Below, in pieces: positions 23,911-37,916 of a DNA stretch of 64,000 nt. A model generated the notes under the pieces. That model ran no database searches, was not told the origin of the DNA, and saw nothing but the letters and a program-made list of their open reading frames with translations. The stretch is taken from assembly GCF_004010195.1 (NCBI RefSeq), contig NC_057752.1:2189750-2253749 (forward strand), written 5' to 3'. Source of the stretch: Chiloscyllium plagiosum. Lineage: Eukaryota. A program made the translations under genes and the position numbers. Position 1 is the first letter of the stretch; every line of letters starts with the position of its first letter.

Positions 23911-24364
23911 TAATGAGAATGCAGCTTAAGGCCTGAAGTGATATGGTGTGAGGCCTGAGTGCTTTAATTGTAGGAATGTCTGAGGTGAAACTGATTTTTC
24001 ACAATTTCCAATAAGGCAGGGAATAAATGAAATGCACAGGATGTCGATCAGGTATCTATAATTAGGGACCAAATCAGTTAATTTGCGAGGATCTGAGTGA
24101 ATTCCTTTTTGCTTTATGGAACTTGTTTTACAATAGCTGGCTCAGGCAAATATCAGGAATTGATAAGTAACATTCAGGAGGCCCAAATAATACATGGGTA
24201 TAGTGGCGGTTGACAACTTTGACTCACAGGGGGCTATTACCATTGAACCAGAGGGTTGTTGTAGGCTGGAGGCCCAATAGATTGATGCTTCAGAGCAGTA
24301 CTGAGGTGTACTGCTCTCTTCAAATACAATTCTCAAGTGGACATTAGAAAATTCTTTGCTTATA

Positions 24365-24745
24365 AAAACAAAGTACTGCAAATGTCAAAATCTGAAGTAA
24401 AGGCACAAAGTGCTGAAGAGACTTAGCAGATCTAGCAGAATCTGTACAGAGAGAAGCAGAGTTGATGTTTCGAGTCTGGTATGACTTTCCTTCAGAACGC
24501 ATTTCTTGACACTGTTCACAAAAGGAGCAGATGATTTCGAATGTACTGGCTAGTATCTGTCCTGAAGTCTGTGTTGTCTGCAGGACCCATCTGTGCATTA
24601 ATTGATTCTGAAGTGACTTGAGAAGTCTAATCATCATGAAATGCAGTTCTGACAAAGCATCGTTGGACTCGAAATGTTAACTCTACTTCTCTCTTCACAG
24701 ATGCTGCCAGACCTGCTGAGCTTCTCCAACACTTTCTGTTCTTGA
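24365..24745. mobile_element. Older PLE-type fold-back element (diverged inverted terminal repeats)
   Basis: Left arm (cagagagaagcagagttgatgtttcgagtc, about 24447-24476) is the approximate reverse complement of the right arm (gactcgaaatgttaactctacttctctcttcacagatgctgccagacctgctgag, about 24666-24720). Confidence 0.6.
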
Positions 24746-27700
24746 TTCATGAGCTGCACTATGCTAGTTTGGTCTGTACTAACCCTTGAGAGTGCAGCAG
24801 CAGAATCTGAAATGGGACAATCCTTAATTCGGGCCAAAGTGCCGCAAAGTCACAAAGTGGCTCCAGCAAGAAGCAGGAAGGTGAGAACAGCAACTGTCTC
24901 TGAGACTGACTTAACTGTTCTCCCGACTGAAGTTGTACATGAAAGGGTTGCAAAAATGACAGCGGGTGAAGAGAAGTCTGCAGCCAGCTAAAGCTAAATG
25001 GAAGGAAGTGACACGGGCAGTGAGTGGCAACTCCCTCATCCTCAAGGCACCTACACTAGTCTGAAGCTCCATGACTGCACAAGGCCAGCAAAGGTAAGCT
25101 GCCATTCATCATCTTTACCTCTAAATGTTCAGTACAGATGTGAACTGTGCAGATGTGTTCACAATTATGCTGCTGCACTGGAGAATCTTACAATGGGCAC
25201 ATGCCTTTGCGGGATCATTTTCAGTTTCAATATTCTATAAGGAAAGTCTTATATATGTTCTGGTAATTTTTAAACAAACAGCTCTCTATCCAAAAGTAAT
25301 CAGGGTTCTGTTTGCATGCAGGAAAACAAATTAGGCGTAATTTGCAGGAAGACTCCATTGCATAAGGAAGAACAGAAATCATTCATCCACTAATCAGTAT
25401 GAAGAGGAGGCAGCCATTATACAGGGGTCCCACTCTTCTGAGGTGGAGATGTGCATCGTCAAGTGAAAAGTGCACCACAAGTACCATTGTGCATAGCCAA
25501 CAACACAAGTCGCTTTCCTGACTGTCTGTGCTTACAGAAGACCCAGATATGAACAGACCAAGAAAAAAGCCAGCTTGTATGAAACACATAATATTTCCCC
25601 ATTTATTTCCCTCCACAGAATTGGAAAACCCATTCAATAGCAACATCTTCAAAAACTTGCCCAGCGGGAATTCACTCATGCCATCATGAACCACGGGTTT
25701 GAAGTCACCAACAGAAGTGGGGTCACTTCAAGAGTTAATGGCATGAAATGGAGACCAGAGAATTAATAGATACCAGGAGAGATTGATCTTGTGTAGTAGA
25801 ATGAGTGGCATCAAGCCAATCCCCCATTATATGCTCTGGTCCTTGTTAGTTCCATTGCGGAGTGTATTTCAAACAGACAGTATGATGCTATTGGTTTATC
25901 ACTACTGCCCAAGATACACTCCTACCCAAGAGTGCTGCATAACATTCAAGGAAGACAGTGAAGAGGGTATTGGAAGTAGAGAGGATAGTCACAAGTGTTT
26001 GATGAAGAGATGCCAGGCTTCAGCTGAAGATCATTTGGCGCATTGCAATGTCGAAGTCTCTGAAACTGTTTGACAGAAAAAAGGTTATAGCTGCCAAATC
26101 CCAGGTGCCCCTCTGCAACATCGTCCAACAGAGACTCCTGACTCAACCTCTTGGGTGTTGATTGGACTGGGTGACTGAATGAGGATGCACTCACCTGCTG
26201 CGCTGCTTCCTGCTCCAGCAAATAAATTATACAGAGGAGAATTTCAGTTGGAGAAATCTTTTTGCAGAAGCTCACTCCATTCTAGAGAAGGAAGAACTAT
26301 TCACAAGGGAAACTTGGACATGAAGCAAAGAGTGATCAAAATAAAGAACAGAAATGTTTTGGCAAAAACCTAATCCAACCTCTGACTTAAGAAATAATAA
26401 TTCACCCTTAAGTTCTAAGAATCATCCTTCCTTAGTTGCTGTTCTACACTATCCAGTTTCATCCTGTTTGAAATGATTGTATTTTATAATAGTACAAGTT
26501 AGACTGGTGGCTTAAGGAGGAGGTGATGGCTTAGTGATAATTTCACTGTGCAACTATCATCGATTATTTATAAAACCCATCTGGTTCACTGATGTCCTTT
26601 AGGGAAGGAAATCTGCTGTCCTTACCTGGTCTGGCCTACATGTGACTCCAGGCCTACAAGGTTGACTTTTAAGCAGGCCAAGCAAGCCATTCAGTTCAAG
26701 GGCAATGTGGGATGGGCAATAAATGCCCACCCTACCAGTGATGCCCATATATGAAAAAAACTGAATTTGAATGAAGCATTCACTCTATCCCCTCAGCTCC
26801 TGAAAGCTGCACATGTAAAGTGGGTGAGATTGCAATAGAATAGACCCCACACACACCCACTTTCCATGACTGGCTAAGTGATTGGAGAATGTACATTTAG
26901 GACATATACCTGAAGTATTAATTTGCCCTTTCTCTGTTCAGATACTGATGTACATGCTATATGTTTCAAACATTTTCTGTTTCATGCTTTCAGTCAGCTA
27001 AAATGTCTTTTGTCTTCCATTTCCTCATTAATTCAAACAGTTGGGGGAAAAAAAGGGAAACTAAATGATGCCACATAGCATTGCCCTTCTACGAAGGATC
27101 AAAGAGGATCATTTAAAATGAAGAACTAAAATGTCAATACCTTGCCCTCATTCTTGAATACAACAGATTGCATTCATAGTGTTTTATTCATAAATTTGTT
27201 CTGTTATGGGTATCAGTGACCAAGGACTGCTGAGTCATCTTACAACAATAGTGGACATCCTCTTGAGCCTCTGCAGTTCTTGAGTGAGTCTGCCACCATA
27301 TTGTTTGATAGAGGACTTTCAGGATCTTCACCCAGATGATAAAGGAATAGCACTATACATCCATTTTATGATGGATGGTAACTTGGAGGTGCTCCAATGA
27401 CATTGCCACTCTTGTTGTTTTCAGTGTTAAAACTTGCAGGGGAGGGGGCTGCAGCAGAAGTGAGCTTGGTAAATTGCTTGAGTGTATCCTGTACATCATA
27501 TATAATCCATCTGTAATCCATTGGTGAAGGCCAGGAAGACTGTTGAGAAAATCAGTGCTCAAGGTATTGAAGATGTGAGATTTGGGATTCAGGACTGTTT
27601 GGGGGAGGGATGAGAGTTTTAGGTATAGAGGGTTATACAATGAACTAACTGTGAAGTCACAATATTTTAAACTCACTAATATGTTCAGCACGGAAAAGAT

Positions 27701-28095
27701 ACTGATGGAATAACTGCATTTGCTGCATTTCTTCAAAATATACTTATTTTCCTTTACATTGTTCAGAGTTAGTGTGTACTGGCTAAGTGTAAATCTCTCA
27801 ATTATTTTGAACAGTGATATTACATGTGACAAGTATAATGTAATGTACAGATTATTCAATTTGATTATACAAAGAGGAAACTGGACATCAACTCGGTGAG
27901 ACACTTAGCTAAGCTAGTTGCAGTGGAGGATTCTATCCTTGATGAGTGCCGATTGCTGTATTGAACTGACACTTGTATCCCCTCTCCCTTCCCCATTCCT
28001 TACCTGCTTATCTATGGATGAAGCATGCAAGCTGCACAATGCCATATTTCTTAAGCGAATAGGAACTATATTAATTGAAATGTAACCATTTACAG

Positions 28096-28228
28096 CCTAC
28101 CACTGAAATCGAGAGCAAGAAGAAACATTCGGGCTCCCTCCTGGTGTCAATGGACCAGTTAAATGCATCCTTCGGAAGGAAGGACAGAGCGAACAGTGTT
28201 TTAAGTGTTCTGACAAACACTCTGGAAG
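28096..28228 (+). CDS. SCN8A: Nav1.6 I-II loop exon (133 nt, phase 0/1); absent from the ORF track
   Basis: Acceptor tttacag|CCT and donor GAAG|gtgcgt. Encodes [54 protein letters not shown] and GRKDR are Nav1.6-type, and the phase fits both neighbours. Confidence 0.93.
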
Positions 28229-29184
28229 GTGCGTAGAATGTTATCCTTTTCACTTTCTAGATCGGTGACCTTCTGTTTCAAATGAGCTACTCAAGTAATG
28301 TCCTTTGATTCCAACAATACTTAAAGTTTTAAATGAATTGGTTCTTTGATCTCCTTGAGTGTGTAGTGAGTACTGTACAGGGCCATACAGCATGCTGTGG
28401 AGGGACAAGCCTCCCACCAGAGTTCCCACTCTTGATTGCTGTCCAGGAGCTGCTGCAGGAAGTTTTGCGATCAGATCTTCCTCAACACCCCCCAACAACC
28501 ATTTCCCCTAAAACCATGAAAAATAAACTGATGTTAAACCGAACAAAATAGAAGAATGTTAGCATTCATTGGAATCCCTTCTTGATGAAAGGTCTTTATT
28601 AGCTTTTTTACTATTCAAGGGGCAAAATCACTGGAAATCCATTCACTGCCGTCCTTTTGAATTCAGAGACCAAGTTGTACATGTGAGACATGTGGAAATT
28701 CAGCAGGACAGTCTGCTTATGGTCCCTCACCATGGAATCCTCAAGCCTCCTGCGGTGAAATGACAGAGGCCCAATGGCACTGATTCGCCACTGTCTTTGG
28801 AAGCTTCCTGCAATGCTTTGAGGGTCAGAAGCCAGAAGTGGCTAAGGTCAGAAACAGGAGACACCCTAAACTGGGAATTGTGACCCAAGGAAGTTTAGAA
28901 CCCAGTACATTTGTGATAAGCTTGGCAAGCCCATCACCGTGTTGATGTCTTTGATTACAGTTCCTGAAGAATATCTGCACACCATTCAGCAGTGTTCTGT
29001 TTCATCAACATTGACTGCACATTCTGTCCGTTAAGAAACACTCTTCTAAATCTGATGGTGTGACCTGTGTGTGTTGGGCAAATACAGTACGACCAAACTG
29101 CTCTGCATCAGCTAACACTGTAGCTTATGTCTTTCTTACTGTTATGATTCTAGACTTTACAGAAATATCCATATCTCATGTGTG

Positions 29185-29605
29185 CCAGCCATGACTCAAT
29201 TGGTAGCATGTTCATCTCTCAAAGCTCTGGGTTCAAGTCCCACTCCAGGGTTTGAGTGTAAATTCCAGGCAGGTACTCCCATGCAGTACAAAGTGTGTTC
29301 CACCATCTTTGGGTGAGATGTTAAACTAAGGACCTGGCTACCCTCTCAGAGGTGTAAAGGTTGCCATGGCACTTTCCAGAGCAGAGCAGGGCAACTATCC
29401 CCAGTATCCCAGCCAAAATTTAATTCACAATTAACTTAAGCAAAAAAAAAACCAAAATTATCTATTCTTTATTGTTGTTTGTGACCATTTACCATGTACA
29501 CATTACAACACTGGCTACACTACAGCCGTGCTTGATTGACAGTAAAGCACTTTGCGATGTCCAGTGGTTGTCAAGGGTGCTACTTAAGTACAAGTCTTTT
29601 CTTTG
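29185..29605 (+). mobile_element. Deu-domain SINE with tRNA-like head
   Basis: A/B-box-like tgactcaattggtagca...gggttcaagtcccactccag, plus body and tail (acattacaacactggctacact...gtaaagcactttgcgatgtcc) similar to 18880-19270. Confidence 0.65.
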
Positions 29606-31049
29606 TATAAATGTTGTGCTTTACAGTGTCAAATTGAAGTTAACAGCAAGCTTGCAGTTCTCCCTCCATTGGCAATGCTTATTCTTGTTCTGGCAGCTGG
29701 AGAGATGTACTTCCTTGTGGACTGTGAGAATTTAGCTGACATGTTCTGAAGACTGACCCCCATCAGTATTGCAAACAGCAGTCACATGCCAATATAAGGC
29801 TCTGAAATCAAGAGTTGAAAGGAAGCCTGAGACTTCATTTCTCTCTCTTGTCTAGTTTTGCTGAAGATGTGAATGGCATTTAATAGAGAACAGTATTTGC
29901 TCCAGTATGTTTAGTGTTTCAGTCAAGAATGAATGACAGTGCTGTAGCACAAGTTGTTAGTTCCTGAAATATTGTGCTCAGCAGAAAAATCATTTAGGGT
30001 CATCACAATTTGATTCCCCATGTAACAGCAGAGATGTAGTGGTAATGTCACTGAATTAGTCATCCAGAAATCCAGGTTAATATTGCCATCAGTTGTTGTA
30101 AAAACCCACCTGGTTCACTTTTAGGGAAGGAAATCTGCCATCCTTACCTGGTCTGGCCTACATGTGACTCCAGACTCAGAGCAATATGGTTGACTCTTAG
30201 CTGCTCTGGAAATCTCTCAGGCCGTTCAATTCAAGGACAATTAGGAATGGGCAATGAATGCTGTCCTTGCCAGCAACATCGACATCTGATGAAAGAATGA
30301 TACAAAAAATTCCAGTCACTGTATCACCCAGTCTGTTCTCAAGATGTTTGTATAGTGCATTGCCATATTGTCTAGGTCAGGCTCCTCACTCGCTGCTGAG
30401 TTTATTTGTCTGATCAGTGTAGAAGCTCTGGTGCTACAGTGACCTGGGGTTAAATAGTGTGACTGGAGTTTACCTGTGCTGAATGTTCTGGAAATCCTGC
30501 TGAAAATGAACGTGGATTGATGTCCAGGGCATTGACCTACTGATAAAGCCCTCTGTGGTTGCCACTTTGGGCAGGTATTTGTGTCTTTCAAACCAGCCCT
30601 TAGCAAAGAGTAAAATTGGACATGGCCACAAAGCATGTTGAATCACGTTGAATGCCTGTCCAACACTCTGCTGAGCATTCAGTTCCATTTTCTGTTGTAG
30701 AACCCAAGATTATGTGTGGTATAAGAGGCAAAAGAAAAGCACGCCCATTTGTTTTAAGCCCTTGCCCCGAGTCCAATTTCACCCCATCCCTTTGGAAGAT
30801 CCTTTCAACACACTAATGGCAGGTGGTAAAAGCTGGAGAGATTCATGGTCAGTCATGTGATGGGGAGAGAATGGAGTCCACAACTCCAGATGACAACATG
30901 CAGCTAAACATGCACATTGCCCGAGCAACTGTAACAGCCACCACCTTCTGAACGGGATTGGGGGAATTCATGAAGCACTGAACTATGCTGCACACAACTT
31001 TAGCAGTTGTGGCTATCTTATCTCAAACTCTTTGGCTTTGTAATTTCAG

Positions 31050-31288
31050 AGCTCGAAGAGTCTCAGAGGAAGTGTCCACCCTGCTGGTATAAATTTGCAA
31101 ATATGTTTCTCATCTGGGAATGCTGTCCGCTGTGGTTGAAGTTGAAAGAGTACATGCATCTGTTTGTGTTTGATCCATTCGTGGACCTAGCCATCACCAT
31201 TTGTATTGCACTCAATACCCTCTTCATGGCAATGGAGCACTACCCGATGACACCGTCCTTTGAAAATGTTTTGGCTGTGGGAAACCTG
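31050..31288 (+). CDS. SCN8A: Nav1.6 exon, end of I-II loop to DII S1 (239 nt, phase 1/0)
   Basis: tttcag|AG...CTG|gtaagg. [26 protein letters not shown]...[27 protein letters not shown]...VLAVGNL. Confidence 0.97.
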
Positions 31289-31899
31289 GTAAGGCACACT
31301 GTTTAATTTCTCTTTTCAAAGCAGCAGTGGAAAATGTAAAGACAGATTATTGAGCCCAGCCATCTGTTCTGGTGTTTATACCCCACACAAACCTCCTTTC
31401 ACCGCTTTTGAGCTTATCTTGAATCCTCTCAAGCGTAGTTACACTATTCACCTCGCCTACTTCCCTGGAAGCCTGTTCCACACTCTGAGTAAAGCCATTT
31501 CTCCTGCATTCTTTCTTCACTTCTATCCCATTATGGGTCCCTCCTTCTGGAGTTGCCTGCACATGGAAACAGCCTTTACATCTTTTCTACATTGACTTGA
31601 TAAAATGCCTGCATAGTCCTAAAGATCTTGATCAGGTCACTACTTCCTATTTCAGCCTGAGGCTCTCTGAATTTTTCTGGTAACTATAACCATTGGTTGA
31701 GAGGAACTTCAGTTTCCCTGCAGAAACAAGCAAGCAGAAACAATCTCTGAATTCTCAGTGGTCTTAATCAGTGCTTGGCCAGCAGGCTTTGGCAAAATGT
31801 GTTCTCTCAACTTTTCCAATGAGTTTTAATTTGGGGTTAAAATAAAATATTGAGCTTCCCTGGTTTTGTCTCTAGCAATTGTTGCAGTCTCTGGACTGT

Positions 31900-32132
31900 A
31901 TCTGTCCTCTCTGTCTCTTGCTCTCTCTTGTCTCTTAGCTCTCTCTCTTGCCTCCTAGCTCTCTCTCTTGCCTCCTAGCTNNNNNNNNNNNNNNNNNNNC
32001 TCTGTCTCTCCTCAATCTTCCTCGCTATCTCTCTACCATCTCCCTCTCTCTTTCTCCACCACTTCTCTCTACCTCCCCCTCCCCCATCACCTCCCCTTCT
32101 CTCTCTGTCTCCAACATCTCCCCCTCTCTCCT
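31900..32132. repeat. CT-rich low-complexity tract with a small gap
   Basis: ctctctcttg and cctcctagct repeats and pyrimidine runs. Confidence 0.9.
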
Positions 32133-33409
32133 TGCACAATGGCAGCTGTGAAATTTTAATTAAAGTAGTTGAAAGAAAGTCTTAACGATAGTGACCATGA
32201 TAACTATCATTGATTGATGTAAAAGCCCATCTGGTTCACTAATGTCCTTTAGGGAGGAAAATCTGCTGTCCTTACCTGGTCTGGCATACACGTGACTCCA
32301 GACCCACAGCAATGTAGTTCACCTTGTCCTTTTGAGATGGCCAAGCAAGTCACTCAGTTCAAGGGCAGTTAGGAACAGGGAACAAAAGATTTGGGATGGA
32401 AAGGTGCAAATGCAGCCTGATTCCATCTCTATTTTGGGTCTTCAGTGAAGGATTGAAATGATTAAATCTGCATGCATTTCAGTGCCTATAATGTAGGACT
32501 ATTGTATTGATTCATAACTTTAATTCAACATTTCCTTTCCTTTAATAACCAGGCAACCATTTCCCTGTTCCCTGACAATTAGGTTGTCTGTTTTTGTTAC
32601 CACATATTTGTTATCTGTTTGCAGGTTTCAAGCATGATCGCTTTACACTACAGAGGGATTTTTTGATGTTTGTCGCACTGTAGTTCAGTCGTTTGGCTGC
32701 AAGTGTGTTTCTTGTGGAAAAGAATGCCATCATTACTAAAATGCAGGGTTTTTTTTGATGACAGCAAAATATTAGAGGAACTAGGTGTGACAATCAGGAA
32801 GTGCACACAAATGGGAAAAAAATTGTTTGCAACTCCTGTTGTGATCAGGAGAGAAAGTCGCATAAGTGTGTGGATGTGTGACTAAATATTGAGGTTGACG
32901 GTAACACTGAAAAACAACATTACCTTACGCCTAAAAGGATTGGAGGGTTTTGTCACATGCAAAAGGCATCCTGCTTGGAGACAGCTGTATTTTTCCTGTT
33001 CTCGAGCCCTCCCATTGTTTGTCAATGGTGATTCATGCAGGGAAGTGTCATAAATACAATATGTTCTTATATAATGCTGGCACAACATGACTGTTTCTGG
33101 TGTTAGATACTGAGCCACGACAGAAATAGTGAGGTGCAGTTCCACAACCCACTCATTTAGCACAGGCACACACACATTGATACTCAATTGGACATCTAGA
33201 GTAATGCATACTGTGTGTGTCTGTATTTGAATTTGACAATTTTTGGTGTTTTAAGTTTATACTGTGACTTTGTTATGTTTGGCTGTATGGCTTCAGGTGA
33301 ATCAAGGAAAGCAGACAGCTAACATATAAAGTGAACTACTGAATTATTTTCAAATGCACACGCAACCAATCTACAGCTGGGAAATGAAGGACGCTTGGAC
33401 CATTCGATG

Positions 33410-34140
33410 TAAGAGCAGAAGTAGGCCATTCAGCCCATTGAGTCTGCTCCACCATTCGATAAGATCAAGGCTGTTCTGATCATCCTCAACTTCACTTTCC
33501 TGTCTTTTCTCCATATTTGATTCCCTTATTGATTAAAACTTCATCTATCTCAGCCTTGAATTTACTTAATGACCCAGCCTTGACAGCCCTCTGTGGTAAA
33601 AAATTGCATAGATTCACCACCCTCAGAGAAAAACTTCCTCCTCATTTCTGTTTTAAATGTGCGACCCTTTATTCTGAGATGATGCCCTCTGGTCCTAGAC
33701 TCTCCCACAAGGAGAAACAACCTCTCCATATCTCCCCTGTTGAGTCCCCTAAGAATATTGTATGTTTCAATAAAGTAGCCTCCCATTCTTCTAAATTCCA
33801 ATGAGTATGGGCCCAACCTACTCACCTACTTCGCATAAGACAGTCCCCTCCATACCTGGCATCGACCCGAACCTTAACCCTAAACTTGCAAGATCCTCCC
33901 TCACTGTGTTGAGTGGCTCTGGACTGCCTCCAATGCTGCCAGTCTATCTTTCCTGAGATAAAAGGACCCAAACTGTTCACAGTATTCCAGCTGTTGTCTG
34001 ACTACAGCCTTGTCATGTTTTAGCAAAGCATCCCTACTTTTAAATTTTATTCCCTTTGAAATAAAGGCCAGCATTCCCTACTACTTACTGAACTTGGATG
34101 CTAGTTTTTTGTGATTCATGGATGAGGACTCACAATCTCT
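33410..34140 (-). mobile_element. CR1 LINE 3' fragment
   Basis: ORF 33562-33825 minus: SRLGPYSLEFRRMGGYFIETYNILRGL...GESRTRGHHLRIKGRTFKTEMRRKFF. Confidence 0.85.
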
Positions 34141-34238
34141 CTGTTCTCCTTGAGGCTACCTGTAATTGTTGGCAATTGTTACTTGATTAAATCACTTGTG
34201 AATGATGAATAGAATTTTTTTTTTGCCTTCTCTCTCAG

Positions 34239-34412
34239 GTTTTCACTGCGATCTTTGCAGCGGAAATGTTTATGAAGCTCATAGCAATGGACCCTTACTA
34301 CTATTTTCAGGAAGGGTGGAACATCTTTGATGGCTTTATCGTGTCCCTCAGTTTAATGGAGCTTGGTCTGGCAAATGTTGAAGGACTGTCTGTGCTGAGG
34401 TCCTTCAGATTG
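34239..34412 (+). CDS. SCN8A: Nav1.6 exon, DII S2-S3 and start of S4 (174 nt)
   Basis: tctctcag|GTT...TTG|gtaaat. [58 protein letters not shown]. Confidence 0.97.
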
Positions 34413-35985
34413 GTAAATATCATGTTTTGTTTCATTCTGTTCACAGTTGCTTGCAATCACCTTTGGGCTATGACACCTGAGAAAGTTGCAAGGTTCTCCC
34501 TCAGTATGTTGTGTCTTTTGACACCACTGTGTCAACCAAAAAGTTGCAACTGCAATGGGCATGTGATAGGTCTCATGGCAGCCCTGACTCTTTCACAGCA
34601 AACAATGTCTGTCTATTTAAATGGCAACTTGCAGAATGCAGTTTACCAAGTCTATTTAAACAACACGTTGCAGCACACAGTCCATTTAAACAGAGTCCCA
34701 ACTACAGCAAATGGCTACTCATGACTGAAACTGTGACAATGCCTCCCAGTTTAAAAAGAGAATGATTTCACCATTAAGTTTCATTAAACAAGGCATGGCT
34801 ACATATTATAAATTTGTCATTTCTATTGCAAAATGTTATAATTGGGTGATAGTTACATGCACAGTCTATGTGTAAAATCAATCTAATATCAGAAGCATAA
34901 GCAACTAAAGTGGCTCACAACCAGAAAGAGGAATTTATCTCATTTGCAGTGTTTGCATATAAATTAACAGTGACTACAAAAGCAACTCGCTGATAACTAA
35001 AAGCCCCTTGAGACATCCTGAAGGTATACAAGTTTTATGATCCCAGCTGACGTTACTCCTGGACAACTCTGATCCCAGAATAAGATCTTGCTTAATAGAT
35101 CATTATCTGTCTTTTTGTTAATTTAGCATGGCAGTCTTTCAGTGAAGTATAAGCACACAAGGCTGCAGATTTGGTTTAACAATAAAACAGAAATTTCTGA
35201 CAAAATAAATAAAAGCAAAATTAAACAAACCAACCCATCTAAATATAATAGTTTGAAAGATTTAAAAGCACACAGCAAAACAAAATCACATCTATTCCTA
35301 ACACTATCACTTTACTTACTCAACAACTAGAGGAATTCCTTCCTTGTCAAATCTGTATGCTTGACTTAACTTCTTCTGAGTTCTGGTTCCATATGCTGTG
35401 AAACCTTTTCCTTCAATCCTCACACAACTAATCTTAGACTTTCTCAGTCTTTGGATAATCTGCACAGTTCGAACCAAACATTTTGGGTTTGGAAGTTTCA
35501 CCACCTACACTCTTTCACGGAGTTAACTTTATTCCTTAACTTCTCTGAACAATCTCCTTTATGTAGAAGAGATTACACTTGTATCTGACTTCAGTCAGAC
35601 TTCCTTCAAACTGGCCAAAAGCTTTTGAAGAAGATTTTTTAAAAATCTGTTCACCTCAGATTCTGATAAGCTACTAATTTAATGCTTTCTCTTTCTAATT
35701 GTACAACATAAACAAATGCCCGTGAACACTCCAGGAGGCATATTCTGTTTAAAATGATGTTTCCAGAAAGACTGTCCTAGTTAAGTTTAAACCCCTTCAC
35801 AAATATAGACCAACAACTATATGCCACTAGTTTAAAATCCCAACTGTTTTTAAAAAAAAATGTTAAATCACTTACCCTTCATCACACAAAAGAGGGTGTG
35901 AATGCTTATGATTATGTGACCTCTGATGATTTGTGATTGAAATTACTGTCTGTTCAATTGATCAAACTTTCTTTTCATTTTATAG

Positions 35986-36525
<540 letters not shown>

Positions 36526-37067
36526 TAGAATTGAAAATTAGATGTAATTTTTAGTAGGCAACTATAAAGAAAAGGTTTCATTTCTTGTGTCCACATTTAT
36601 TGCATGTAATTCTTGCCTATGTAATTCTAATATGACAGTCAATGAGTTTAACGAAGTATGAAAATGTTTATTTTAAAGTCGTGTTCGCACAAATTTCTAA
36701 GAGTGCATCGAGGTGTACAAATACATCCCAGAAGAAATGAATGTCTCAGGAGTTTGTTTTATTGCAAGGTTCTGTGTTTCATTTTGACTGATTATGTGAA
36801 GGTCTAATTCTCAGACTGAAATTTCTGGCTCATTGACAGAGCTACCTTGCTTGGGCAATATTTGGCACTGCCCGAATGGGGAGTTCCTGGTGACTGTAGG
36901 GGTTACTCTCAACTTTGACAAGACTGGTATATGCCAGGATCATGTATCAGGAAATTGTGAATCCCAGATAGCAATTGGCAATCAAATTCACAGTGTCAGA
37001 ACATTTCCAGTTCTGCATTCCCAGCGTGTGTTCAGATTAAAATCTAAACTGTCTTCAGCATTTATAG

Positions 37068-37306
37068 ATGCTGAGAAACAAAAATATTACTTTGCTGGTC
37101 CTCAACATCAAGGCGCCAGCTTGATTAACACCCTATTCAGCACCTTCGTCATTCATTCCCTCCTCAACCAATGCTCAGTAGCAGCATGCTGAGAAACAAA
37201 AATATTACTTTGCTGGTCCTCAACATCATCAAGGCGCCAGCTTGATTAACACCCTATTCAGCACCTTCGTCATTCATTCCCTCCTCAACCAATGCTCAGT
37301 AGCAGC
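37068..37306. repeat. Tandem duplication of about 118 bp spanning a LINE 5' junction
   Basis: Copy 1 at 37068-37185 and copy 2 at 37186-37306 are identical except for an extra 3 nt (caacatcatc) in copy 2. Confidence 0.9.
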
Positions 37307-37640
37307 AGTGTGTACTATCTACAAGAAATCCACTAAAGATCCTCAGACAGCACCCTCCAAACCCATCACCACTTCCATCTAGAAGGACAAGGGCAGCAGT
37401 TACATGGGAATACCGCCCCCTGCAAGTTCCACTCCAAGCCACTCACCATCCTGACTTGGAAATATATTGCCGTTCCTTCAGCGTCGCTGGGTCAAAGTCC
37501 TGGAACTCCCTCCCTAAGGGCATTGTGGGTCTACCTACAGCACATAGGATGCAGCGGTTCAAGAAGGCAGCTCACCCCCACATTCTCAAGGGCAACTAGG
37601 GATGGACAATAAACCACACCCACATCCCATATACAAATAT
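37110..37640 (+). mobile_element. CR1/L2-group LINE 3' fragment
   Basis: Same family as 4858-5455 and 47385-47710; ends tctcaagggcaactagggatggacaataaa...cccacatcccat. Confidence 0.7.
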
Positions 37641-37916
37641 AAAAAGAAAACAGGTCTTGTGCCCTGAAATCAGAGCCTCTTAATATTTGTGTGGGACTTT
37701 TCCTTGAATACTACTTTAACAAATGTTTACTTTCAGTGGTTAAGTTCAAGACAGTTGTGTGTAATTTTAAACACAGTCTGAGAATACTTCAACAAAGATG
37801 CGTTTCAAAAGATCAGAATTTTTCCTAAATAAATGAGCAGAGCCCTATCACTATGAAACATAGGAGAAGCTTTCCTTCTGCTGTCCTGTTTTATGTTCAC
37901 ATTTGTTTCACCATAG

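Noticed and set aside
24760..28800. Possible decayed PIF/Harbinger DNA transposon pieces (for example minus-strand PFIKKGF near 28571-28592)
   Set aside because: The similarity is too short and degenerate to call by eye. A translated search against transposase profiles would be needed.
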